From assembly GCA_001642005.1 (NCBI GenBank), contig LWCA01000118.1, forward strand, positions 1-51,461: a stretch of 51,461 bases of DNA, given 5' to 3'. Below the pieces are notes generated by a model. It made no database searches. It saw only the letters and a list, made by a program, of their open reading frames with translations, and was not told where the DNA came from. Every line of letters begins with the position of its first letter. The first letter of the stretch is position 1. The DNA comes from Intoshia linei. Lineage: Eukaryota > Animalia > Orthonectida. Made by a program: the position numbers and the translations under genes. Below, one piece after another: positions 34,701-48,096 of the stretch.

Positions 34701-36751
34701 GGCGCACCTGGTTAACTAAAAATTATTGTCATATCTATTATATTAAAGTTTATTTGAATTAATTACTGCTCAATTTAATATTCTCGTGTATTAAAACATT
34801 AGACAAATTTACAAAATGGGCCAAAAATCCGATTTTACAGTAGACGAAAAAAATAAAATTACCAAATTACTTGCTCAGGGGCATAAAACCATTGATATTT
34901 CCAGGGTTTTAGGCAGAAATCACCGCACAATTAAAAAATGGACAGAGGATCCTGGTAAAAAAAGTAATCGCCTGGAAAAGAGCCGTCCAAAGTTATTGTC
35001 TTCACGTGATCTAAACAGAATCAAGAGAGAAGTAGTCTTCAGTCCACTGTCAACTAGTTCTGCGTTATTGATTGATATGATTCCATTCCTAGCTTTTTGT
35101 CCCTTATATCCGGACGTCTCTTATAACCGGTGTCTTTTATAAGCGGATTCTACTGTAGTATCACTTTATATCTGATATTAAATTAGATTACGATCTTAGT
35201 TAATTAGATACAATTACTATCATTGCGGAAATATCATTTATTTAACTTTATTTTATTTTTGTAAATAATTTAACTATAAAATTTTTTATGTACCCAAAAA
35301 ACTGATGTGGACCCCGTTGAGAATTTTTGTGTATTAATTGGTTATGTATTATTCAAAAACTCATAATAACAAGAAATATGACCATTTAATGGTTTTTATT
35401 TAAAATAATTAAATTTACCTTAACCAGTGTATTACTATGGGAATATTTCATATTAATATTATATAATATATATAAATTAATATTATTAATAACTTATTAA
35501 AAATAAGGACTTAGAGTCTAATTTTTAGACTGTATTGTATATTTAACAAAATAATTTAGAAACAAGAACACGGGTTTCTGGCATTCACGAGAAAATTATT
35601 CGGATTTCCCATACAATATGTTCAAAGTGTATATATTAGTGACACAAGTTACATAAATTGGCAAATGGTGGATTTATCGATATCAAATGAACCCATTACA
35701 TTACATAGCACAGTATTTACATATCATGTGATATCAATACTTAGCCAAAATTGTATTAAATACATATCGTATACAAATGGAGATATATTTGAAATTTTTA
35801 AAGTAAATAATCAAAATTTTCGATAAACGTTTAGGTATAACTACTATACGTATATCAAAATTTAAACATGAAATTGAATCCACGTTATATGTTAATTTTG
35901 GAGATGAAAATTGGCACAATACATTTGAAAAACCTACTTTAGACACAAGGCAGATTCAGGTAGATTCATATAATGTATCTTCGCAACAAATATCTTCATT
36001 AATATACTATACATATTCCATGACTGAAATGTGGTTAAGTCTAGATGGTTTAAGAACATGGCTTAAAATTCCTCCATTAATTAATATTAAAAATGTATTA
36101 ATTTATCAAAATGGAAATATACAAAACTTCAAAATAGCCTCCGTAAACATTAGAAATTTTAAAATTAAATTAATTAATTTAAACCTAAATATTTTAAATT
36201 GCAATAAAAATAATTATAATTTTTCTAATTTCAAAGGTCGTAAAATCTACACGAATCATGTCAAAATAACTCGTACATCTCTATGTCATCTGAATGTTGA
36301 TATCCTTAAAATTAAGAGAAGTGTATATTACCAATGTGAACCATATGATTATTCTTGTGCGACAGGGTTCCAGAGACGTAACAATTTATGTATAAACCTA
36401 CACAAAGTAAATAAATTTAATGATAAGTCAAACATGAAAAAAATTTGCCTAGAATCGAAAATGCAAATAGTCAATCTTAAAGGCTATGAAAAAATATTTC
36501 ATGAAAGGTTTTATAAAAAATTTTGCTTCATAAATGTATTTCAGAATATAACCCTTGTGGATTATAAAAATGTTGATTGCCGTCATGTTCAAAACATGTT
36601 ACCAGAGGTTTGGAGAAAATCGATTTTTAATGATTATAAACCTTTTAAACAAAAAATTCAGATTGCAAAAATATGTACCATTATTATTACAATCGTAATT
36701 TTAATTGGAAAATTAATCGGAGTACTCTGTTCTCAACGAAAGTATTTATGA
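31792..36751 (+). CDS. Orphan predicted type I membrane protein, 2 exons, one frameshift (pseudogene or sequence error)
   Basis: Exon 1 31792-32160 (signal-like N-terminus, phase-0 GT) joins exon 2 at AG 35558-35559. Frame is open to about 35820, shifts at AAAATTTTC, then continues into ORF 36020-36751 with Cys-rich and TM segments. Confidence 0.55.
32180..33284 (+). mobile_element. Non-autonomous Helitron, 5'-truncated, intact 3' end
   Basis: Homologous to 23715-24416. Perfect hairpin GCTGTTTGTAC-ATA-GTACAAACAGC then CTAG|T. Internal triplication of TGATGCGGATTTTAAAATCATAAACATTATCATAA. Confidence 0.88.
33581..34482 (+). mobile_element. hAT-like MITE with internal 29-bp array
   Basis: Starts CAGTGGTTCC and ends CAACACCTG; TSD CTCTATAA/ATCTATAA; inverted homolog at 41722-42368. 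Confidence 0.78.
33686..34082. mobile_element. piggyBac-type MITE nested in the hAT MITE
   Basis: Perfect 12-bp TIR CCCTTACGAGAC / GTCTCGTAAGGG with TTAA on both sides. Confidence 0.92.
34598..35065 (+). mobile_element. Tc1-family transposon 5' fragment (left TIR plus HTH region of transposase)
   Basis: TA|CACTGTGTATCAAAACATTAGGC terminus. ORF 34816 has MGQKSDFTVDEK..ISRVLGRNHRTIKKW..RPKLLSSRDLNRIKREV, truncated before the DDE domain. Confidence 0.8.
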
Positions 36752-36881
36752 ATTAATTAACATTTTTGACTACCAGGAATTCAAAAAAACTATACTTTAA
36801 ATAAATACAATAAACAGAAATAAAAAAAAGAATTGAAGAAACATTTATGAATTTATTAAATTGACAAATTGTAAATTTTAA

Positions 36882-37645
36882 TCCTTTACTTATATAAAAT
36901 TGAATTTTTGTGTGTTATCGTTTATTTTAACAATTAACAGTCGTATAATTTACAAAATTCAATCTCTAATATAGTTTTTCACGGATAATGTTTATATTTA
37001 AGTTTGATTTACCGAAATTGACTCCTTCAGGGTCACAAACCCAATTAACTTTTTTTAATATAAAATCAGCCCAAAAATTTAAAAAAACATAAATTCTGGG
37101 ACGTTTTAAAATCATTCATATTGTCGTAAATTTCAGTCTCAAAAACGCATACTTTCATGGTCAAAATTTAAAAATCAAATTACCCCTTATTTTAAAAATG
37201 AAAAATAACTTAAAATTTTATAAAATTTGACATTCTGGGATAGTATTTAAAATCATAAGCATTATCATATATGGCAACCTCAAAAAATATCATTTTCACT
37301 ATCAAAACCCATATTACCCTTTTTTTATATTTATTAATGAAAACAGTTCTAAAATTAAAAAAAATTACAGCTGGTACAGTTATATTCAGTTAACACACAA
37401 AAAAATTTAATCTCAAAAGGTGATGCCTTCACGATTAAAAAAGCACTTTAATTACCAAAGTTTGGTATTCATTTTTTTATTTGGTAACTATTTTATTAAA
37501 AAATTAAAATAATTAATGGTACTAGAATTTAAAAAAAAGATCATAATTATACAGTTTATTCGATTTGATATATATTTCCACATATAAAATTTCCACCTCA
37601 GAAATATTTATTGGTTAAAAAAAATTTTTAATGTATTATCATCAA
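36882..37645 (+). mobile_element. Older, diverged Helitron copy lacking its 3' end
   Basis: A|TCCTTTACTTATATAA start. Shared blocks AAATCATAAGCATTATCATA, AAATTACAGCTGGTACAGTT..TAACACACA, CCTCAGAAAT. Confidence 0.65.
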
Positions 37646-37779
37646 GGGAGGTCAATTTGCTAGTACCAGCAAATTTTTTTTAAATATATAAATGACTAAT
37701 TTATAAAATTTAAACTGAATATAATGACGCTTAGGTCTCACAAATTTTTAATATTTAGAACTAAGTACTGAACTTTTAA

Positions 37780-37900
37780 AGCTGAAAAAGGTATTTTTCC
37801 TTCATGGTTGCTAAAATTTTGGTTTTTTATTTTGTGGATGGATTAAGAGTTCTTTCTGGTAAAGTTTAGTAAAATTCTATTTTTTTGGGGTAAGATTAAA
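37780..37900 (-). repeat. Degenerate 29-bp minisatellite array
   Basis: Units such as GGTATTTTTCCTTCATGGTTGCTAAAA. Confidence 0.5.
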
Positions 37901-38110
37901 ATTATTTTTCTCCAAATGTCAAAATTACTTGAAAAAAAATTTAACTATGAATTGTAACTTGCCTGTCGTCCTACATGTCTAACTTAACATGATAAAAACA
38001 GAACAAGGTGAATTAAGTAAGATGAAAAAACCAGAGTAAATTTAAACTAATTTATTAAATATAACTCATGCAATAAGTGGTACAATGAATTTGATATATG
38101 GATTATAAAA

Positions 38111-39674
<1,564 letters not shown>

Positions 39675-39999
39675 GATTCTTTTTCAATAAAATAGTTAAA
39701 ATTTAATAAACTGAGACAATATGCTAATTTCTTTAAGCAATGAAATGTGGGTTGTTGATGTTTTAAAATGAAATCAACTCAAGACATCAAAGTTTGTCGA
39801 AATTTGATATCTTAAGGTATATTCCAATTTTTAATACTAATTTTTATACATTTGGATATGCTGCGAAAATAGTAATTGAAAATTGTGGGTGATTTAAATT
39901 ATCAACAACTGGGATAGGAGGATTTTTAAGTCATGAAATGATGCGCACATGTTTCAGACAAAGTAGACAAATGTTTAATTTTTATTTAATAGTTTCAGT

Positions 40000-40176
40000 T
40001 CATATTTCAGACTCTACACTGTAAATAACTTGTTTAATTTTTTCCATCCTTTCTTCGTGCGTAGTTTTTAGTTCATCATCATTCATAGATCTACTACGTT
40101 CACTGAGTTTTAGTAAAATTTCGTATTGACCCAATGAAAATAAATCTCCCTTTTCTAGTGTTAAGGCCACAATTTC
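40000..40176 (-). CDS. Probable terminal exon of an unresolved gene
   Basis: TAG acceptor then 58 open codons EIVALTLEKGDLFSLGQYEILLKLSERSRSMNDDELKTTHEERMEKIKQVIYSVESEI*. Upstream exons could not be joined confidently. Confidence 0.4.
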   Translation of the reverse strand, partial: EIVALTLEKGDLFSLGQYEILLKLSERSRSMNDDELKTTHEERMEKIKQVIYSVESEI

Positions 40177-40930
40177 CTATTAATAACAATTATATTTTTA
40201 ATCAACGATAATCAATATTAGATATATCAAATTTTAATTTAACAATTAACCTATTTTTTTTGAAATGTAATCCACTCATCAGATTGTAAAAGTTTATATA
40301 ATACAAATTAATGTATGAATTGTTTAATATACATAATGTAGGAAATCAAGTGTAAATAATATTATAATTTTATCTATATCTTATTTTAACATATATGTAA
40401 ATATATATTATTATAATACGTGCTAATGTTATATCAATTTTATTTATAATTTGAATAATTATAATTATTACACTTATACAAAGTTTTTAATTTCAGTAAA
40501 GGAAATTATTATCAATCACATTAAATATATATATTTTTATGTTTTGATATAATTTTGATGCCTTCAATCAAAAGATGAATAATATTCATTACAATAATAT
40601 TCATCAAAAATTATTTCAATCGTCAAAATGAATTAGACATTTCTGTAATAAATTAGATGCAAAGTTTATAAATATTTACGTATTAAGTCAGTGTCCGCAA
40701 ACATGAGTGGATGACATTTATATAGGATACATATAGCACTACTTTAAAATTTTTTATAATCCACCAAAAATTTAAAAATTTGCCTCCCTTCCTTTCTTAG
40801 CCTTCTTTATTAGAATCGAATATCATTGAATTGCATATATTTAATCAATTACAAAACAATTTTTCTTGGAATTTTTTTATTCCTGCAATGTAGTATTAAA
40901 CAAGACACATATATGTCTGTTTGTATATGG

Positions 40931-41240
40931 CAGGGGTCAGCAATCAGTTGCCCACAGAATAATTTTGGTGGCCCTTTGAGTAAATATGTAAATTATTAGT
41001 TTAAAATTTTTCAACTTTAAACACAGTTTGAAACATTTTCTACTATACTTATAATTGGGTCATTTAACCATTTAATACTGAATTTTCAAATCGTTCCGGA
41101 ATTTTTTTGTTGAATATACTAGAACCGTTTCACTTCAGTTAAAATTAAAATCTATCATATTTAAATAATCAAAAACGGACCCATATATTTTTTTGATATA
41201 AAAAAGTGGCCGACAAGATGCAACTTTTTGCCTATCCCTG
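40931..41240. mobile_element. hAT MITE
   Basis: TIRs CAGGGGTCAGCAA / TTGCCTATCCCTG; TSD GTATATGG/GTACATGG. Confidence 0.82.
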
Positions 41241-41721
41241 GTACATGGTTTGGTTAGACCTAAAATTTAAGTTGACTTTACTCTATTGAATTTTATCACT
41301 GCTAATAATATCAAGTAGATAATTAGGGATTCAAATTAAAAAGTCAAAATTACATCTGGTGATAACCTCAAATAGTCATAAAATGTGCGACTATTTTCTA
41401 ATTCATTTTCTCGAGTCATGCATATATCAGATAAAGTTTTCTGAACCATAGAAATTTGATTCGTCCTAAAAATAATTTATAATAAAAACATTTTACATTA
41501 CATTTTATTAATTCCTTTTTTATTTATTTTTCTAAGATAACCCGCAATTTCAAAAAATCTAAACAAAATATTTATATAGGTAAAATTATATAACAAATAA
41601 AATTTTTCACTTTTTTAACAATTTATATTATTACAGACTAATTCCTAGTTAACGGAATAATTTCCTATAAAAATCTTAATCCATTAACGAGAAATTTTTT
41701 ATAAATAATGATACATTAAAA

Positions 41722-42368
41722 CAATGATTCCCGATTGAGGTCCAAAATTATATGCCAGGGATGTGAGATTCTAAGATATATGAAAATTTTGATAACTTTA
41801 TAATGTTATTTTTATAAAATTTTTAATAATTATTACAGAGTTTCTAGATGTTTATTACCCCAAAGCCTAGAAGACCGCTACATTATTATTTCAAAAATTC
41901 CACTTTTATACCACCATTAATAAAATTTAATAAAAAATACCATTTCAAGCCATAAGAAAAATTGACTTTAACCGATATTGTTTGAAAAATCTAATTTTAC
42001 GAAACCTTATGAAAAAAATCCAATTTTACCAACCCTTAAGGGAAAAATACCATTTTTCCAATATTTTTGTGAAAAACACGATTTTACAAAATTTTATGAT
42101 AAAAGCCTCTCATTCCAACGACAAAATAAAACTCCAATATTACCAACGCTTAGCGAAATAGCCACTTTTTCCAGTATTATTTTGAAAAATTCCATTTTAC
42201 TAAATCTTATGAGCAACAACTTCCTAATCCAAAACCCATAATAAATAATTAAATTTTACCGATAAAAAAACCTTTAATTTTTTCATCAATGTTTTATATT
42301 TTTCTTGGGATCCAACAAAATAAATATTTTGAAAGGGGGTCCGACACTATTTGTACCGGGAACCACAG
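41722..42368 (-). mobile_element. hAT-like MITE with long internal 29-bp array (about 41935-42260)
   Basis: Inverted homolog of 33581-34482 (both ends plus the ATAATAATGTAGCGGTC block); TSD CATTAAAA/TATTAAAA. Confidence 0.78.
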
Positions 42369-44910
42369 TATTAAAACAATTTTTTATTTTTATTCCACTT
42401 AACCTATATTTGCATGTCATTTCATATAATTAATAATCAACCATTATTATAAACATTAATCATAAAGAAAATAAAATGTTTTACGTATCTGAAGCTTTTA
42501 ATTTGAACCGAAAAAACTTTAGTATAATTATGAGGCTAGTCATTTTAAGTTAAACTTCACATTCCGTTAATCAGGTTTTTTTCCGTTATCGAAGAATTCA
42601 GTTCAAGTATATTGTAAATATATTATAATTATAATAAAAGATAAGATAATATCTTATAATTATAAAATGATAATATCGACCTGTAATTAAATTATAAATA
42701 ATTACAAAATAGATGTTATTGATCCAAGCCCATCAAAAATAAATCTAAATATACATTTTATTAAAATACCAATATCAAAATATAACGTATTATACGTTAT
42801 ATTAAGCTATACGTACGTATAGCTTAGTTTTTATTAATTTTCTTAAAATTTTTTTTAGTTTCTATTCATCTAGATATCTCTGACGCATATATAATAAAAA
42901 AAGTGTAAAACATACAAATCTAATGTTGTAGAAAGTTTTTAATTTTACGAAAAACGCTGTAAGTCAATATCTGAACACATATGAAGAGTTTAACAATTTT
43001 TTTGTTAGCGTAACAATAAAAAATGTATTTGCTGTCCATACATAAAAGATTAAGAACCCATAATCTCTACCGCCACAGTGGTAGTGTATTTACGGCGCGA
43101 CATAAATAACCATAAATTTACTTAAATTTGTTATGAGGTAAAGAATGTTGAATAGTATCCGCGTAATTTCGTAATATTTTGCATAAAATTGAAATTTCGT
43201 TATCATTATCATCTGCATTATCAGCAATAAAATAACTCGACTAAATAAATGTAATTAAAAAATATTCTGAAATTATCTATTCCGCATATAACGACAATAA
43301 GGTTATATGGTTATAATGATATAATTAAGGTTTTTATTTAGATACCAAAAAATACAAGCCTGAGAATGATTTCGTATGCATAATATATTTTTTTCATTTT
43401 TTGAATGACATTAAGGTGATAGTCTTATTATATATTTTGAAATCATTAAAATTTAAATTGGATACAAAATTATATTTATAGGTTTATTATTATATTATAT
43501 TATTACATGTATTTCCAATATTATTAAAGCTATAATTACTTTATTTCACTTTATTAGATTCTTGTTTATTTAATTTATAAAAAACAGTATAGTCAAATAG
43601 TTATGAGGACGTCTCATGTATATAATTGAAAATTTCTCAATGCAGACCGAAACAGTTACAAGGATAGTCAAGTTTTCCATTATAACTAATATTGGATCCA
43701 TTTGTGTTTTTAAAGTAATTCAAGAAATATACACCACTTAACCCATCGCAGACTTTAAATTAAAATATAAATACCGGTAAAGACTTGGATTTATACAGAA
43801 TAAAATAATAGCACAATATTTTCATTTCAATGTGAAGTATCAATATGTAAAGTTCGGCAATGGTATCAAATTGAGTTTTTATTATATTAAATTTGCTACA
43901 TTTTTATAAATAATCCAGAATTATTTACCTTGCAATTTCATGAGTAGAATCCTAAAAATTTAATATATTTTAGAATCTAAAATATTAAAACAAATAATCC
44001 TAACTATCGATGACAGAGTCGACTCTACCTCGCAGGTATCCCTTTTCGAGCGACTTGGTTTAAATTTTTCTAAAATGAGGCTTCATTCTTCCAAATTGAT
44101 CACTTAAGAAAAATAATCAAAAATAAATTTTTGACCATAATAACTATTTTGGGTGCCAACTTTACACTGTTACACAGACTAGTCACTAGTGTGTCCAAAT
44201 TTTGTAAAAAATACCAAGTTTTACTTTACTGGTTTTTACTTTATCTGATTTTTTTTGACAGTTTTAAACCTCATTACTTTTAAGAATAAGCTAATTTTCT
44301 TTATTTCTTTAAATAATTTATAAATTGTCACTTAGCTTTTGAATTTGTTTGATAGTTTGTGAATAAATAAAATTATAAATGTACTATCCTGAATATACAT
44401 GTACAAATATCAGCTAACTCTGCCGCCGACAAAATTTATAATTTTAAGACCGATTCTTTGATTTATTACACCAGGGGTTCTCACACCTTTTTCATTTTTC
44501 ACACCAGACCGGAAATTTACTATGAAAATATTCTCTTATTATAAAATCACTAAAAAGAAAAAATTGTGCACCAATTACCACACAATTATAGTATGTTCGA
44601 AATACCTAATTTCCATAAAAAATTATACAACACGTAAAAAATTGTACATGTACTATATAATAATCAATTACATTTTCATAATCATTATTGGGTTGTAGTA
44701 ATGTTGAATGAATAAGAAATGTCTTGATACAACTGCTTAACCAAACCTAAAAAATATGAAAAGTAAGACAATAATTATTATAATATAATATATAATATTA
44801 TATTCTATTATATTATATATTTATATATATATTATATATATAACATAAGTTAGTCAAGAATTATACATCTGAATTTTTGGAATTTAGATAAATTATTTCA
44901 CGGTTGTACT

Positions 44911-45378
44911 CAGTAGTGGATCTAGATGAGGTGCAGGGCGGTCGCCCCCACCCCTTGCGCGACAAATGTGCCTTAAAATATTTTAATTTGTGTAAACATT
45001 GTGAAAAATTAAAAAAAATTTTGGACCCATCGTTTACGTTTTATGTACATGATCATTTATCATTAATTTATGCATTAATTTATGCATTATTTTTTATGCT
45101 AGTAACATCAGTTAAAGTTAAATTATCGAACTTAAATTTGTTCATAATTGAAGACAACTTGCCGAAAATATCGAGTTTGATGCAGTTGAACAACGCAACA
45201 GTTGAATTTTCAACATTGAAAAATTTAGTAAAATGAAAACTAGAAAAAAATATAAATTATTATTATAGATAGGAATATTTAATAAACACAATATAAAAAT
45301 TCCAATATAAATACATTATATCCATTTGACCCCTAATAATTATTTCACCCCCTGGGTGAAAACCTAGATCCGCCACTG
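44911..45378. mobile_element. hAT (Tip100-like) MITE
   Basis: TIRs CAGTAGTGGATCTAG / CTAGATCCGCCACTG; TSD GTTGTACT/GTTGCACT. Confidence 0.88.
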
Positions 45379-45499
45379 GTTGCACTACTTGTTGAGGAAA
45401 TTTGAAACAGGTTAAGATCACTGTTTTAAGGAAATTGGGATTTTTGGGACTATTAAGTATATTCTGAAAATTTAAAAATTTTAGACCTGGTCATTAGTA

Positions 45500-45800
45500 C
45501 AGTGTGTTCATTTTAAATCGCACACTTTTAAATTTTCTATACATTTTTTATAGTAATAAATTATTACTAAAAATTGTAAAAAGTGTGCGCCATAATAAAC
45601 AAGTTAAACAAAAGATATAGAATTTTTCAAATTAAACTGTAATTGATAATCTTAACTTGAGTTTAATTTAAATTAAATAATTAAAATATAATTCAATTAA
45701 ACTTTAATATTTGAATTCATTTACTATGTTGTCAGTTGTAGTAATTATTCCTAAAGTTTATCAATTATTTTCATGTGTGCGCTGTTAAATGAACACCCTG
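45500..45800. mobile_element. Tc1/mariner MITE
   Basis: 26-bp imperfect TIRs CAGTGTGTTCATTTTAAATCGCACAC / GTGTGCGCTGTTAAATGAACACCCTG with TA TSD. Confidence 0.85.
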
Positions 45801-46044
45801 TACTGACTCAATATACCAGGTTTCTTAATTTTTTTTAATTTTAGCACCCCGTTAGCCAGATTATTATTATTTAGAATCTAAATTTTAGATTATTAAATAT
45901 TTTCAGCACCCTGTAAAAAATATAATTAATTTCATTTTTTAGTCAACATTTAAAAAATAAATAGTTTTTCTAGACACCGAAATTAATTCTAGCATCCGGA
46001 TAAAAAACTCTGCACTAGGCGAATAATTGAAATTCAAATCACAT

Positions 46045-47293
46045 TTATTCATAGAATACTCCACAATTCACGAAAAGTAAAATAAATGTAATACTGTAAA
46101 ATAAAATAAAAATTACAAAACTATAATGAACATTGCAAACGTAGCGTATCTTAGACAAATCGCTTAAAAGTTCTGATTCTTTAATAATGTCGTCTTTCAA
46201 AGTAGTTAAAATCAAGTAACATTGTTTCTTTTTTAAAAATTCATTCTCTTCTGATAGAGGATTGCTAATAGAAGTACATCTAGATTTATCAGATTCAAGC
46301 GACGTGGGGCGTATATTATTTTCTAGTGAATCATCGGAAATATTTTTCCAAGAAGGTAAAATTCTAAAATAAAATATATAATAAAGAGTCTAAAATAACT
46401 CTATAATATTTTCAATATCTTTAACTTTAAGGCACTTGAAACTGGTAAGCTTGTCAATGTTTAGCGATTCTATATTATGAATAATTATGTATAATTTTAT
46501 ACCACGAGATGAAGTATGGACATTTTCAATCAACTTTTCGGCACACGTGTAACTGATTTCCAATATAAGTTGTTTATATCGAGGCAATGTATAAGCATTG
46601 TCCCATAAACGATGTAAACAATCTAATGTGATTCTGCATGACTATTTTAATATATTTAATATGTACAAATAAAATTAATTATAAATCAGCCATGTCAAAC
46701 TCAAATACGTGGCCGGCCGCACCATCAAAATTTTTTATAAAAAACCATTATACTATGAATCGAGATTATTGTCAAATACAAAATGCGTATTGAATGTGAT
46801 GTCAAATCAGATAATCGAAATCGAATGTTTTTTTAATTTTTGAGAAATTTTTTCAGTCAGTTGTGCTAATATTATTCAAAGGATAATCCAGATTATCGTC
46901 ATCGATTACGAAGTAAATTATACATATATAAAGTCGCAGCGGACCGCACTTAAATTTGAAAAGGGCTGCAAGTTTGACACGGCTGATATAAATGGTCAAA
47001 TTAAATGTATACTCGCAAGGTAGGTCGCTCCAAATTATACGCACTTTTATTGCAATAGGATGTCCAATCTCCAATTGATTCAGAAACTATATAACAAGAA
47101 ACATTAATATTCCATTTAAAAATGTAATACAATTTAAGACATGTCGCATTGTTTCATTAATTGAATTTTTCAATTCTGCAATGTACTTGTTGGTTATAAA
47201 ATCTTTAACATAACTAAAAATGGTATTTGGAGCGCCACTAAAATATAATATAGCAATACAAAAAAAATAAAAACTAATCTTCAATCAAATCAT
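46045..47293 (-). CDS. Orphan secreted or membrane-anchored Cys-containing protein, 5 exons, in-frame TGA at codon 3
   Basis: Exons 47293-47131, 47086-47013, 46641-46503, 46469-46400, 46363-46045 join in frame (255 codons). N-terminus MI*LKISFYFFCIAILYFSG; C-terminus FVIFILFYSITFILLFVNCGVFYE*. Confidence 0.6.
46687..46985. mobile_element. hAT (Buster-type) MITE in an intron
   Basis: TIRs CAGCCATGTCAAACT / AGTTTGACACGGCTG; TSD TTATAAAT/ATATAAAT. Confidence 0.9.
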
Positions 47294-48096
47294 AACTATT
47301 ATGAACAGATATAACAAAGTTTTGTAAAGGTTCATACAATACTAAATATATATATAAACGTATATAAATATAAAATACTTGTAATATACAACTTTGAAGG
47401 TTTAACAAGATTTAACAATGACTGAATGTTGGTTGATAACTATTAAAAATATTTAAATATTAAAGTTTATAAAATTTTAACCATGTTTTGAGACAATCTA
47501 AACTCGTTGTTTGATATGTTTAACAGTTTATTTGATGATTCAAATGTAAATTTTGGATTCTAAGCTTTATATATAAAAATTAAAATTTATGAATATTTTC
47601 AATTGATACAATGTATATGGCTTTTTTCAAAAATTTTTTTTTGTAACACCTTCATTTTTTAACAAAACTATTAGTGTTAATTTTATATTTTAAAAACACA
47701 TTAAACCATTTTAAATATCTGACAAAAGTTGAAATGTCAATTGAAAATCTGTCATTATAATTGATATGTAATTGTAATTATATTACATTAAATTTTTTTA
47801 AAGTTTTTTTGTTGTAGAAATAGTTTATATCTGAATAAACATGTTTTTCTTTATTAATATCAACAACATATTCAATTTTATCGGGATTGAGATATCGTTC
47901 CAACACAGATATAATCTAAAATAGTAATATACAATACACCTTGGATACCACATCCTCTTAATTTTTCATTTTTATAATAGTTATAATAGTTATAATAGTT
48001 TTTATAAAAGATTTCATTTTATTGGTAGAATTAAAAAAGTCCACCATCTGCAAAACAAGTTAAGCTATTAGTTCTATAAATTACGATATAATTATA

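Larger units (their letters stand above)
33454..35532. mobile_element. pogo-like MITE (copy of 30347-30895) interrupted by nested insertions
   Basis: Segments 33454-33580, 34483-34595 and about 35175-35532 are collinear with 30347-30895. Confidence 0.8.

Noticed and set aside
41978-42241. 87-aa repetitive ORF
   Set aside because: It is the translation of the 29-bp minisatellite inside a MITE.
44770-44845. TA-rich palindromic stretch
   Set aside because: Simple (TA)n-like low-complexity sequence.
44904-45236. 110-aa ORF
   Set aside because: It lies almost wholly within a hAT MITE and has no protein motif.
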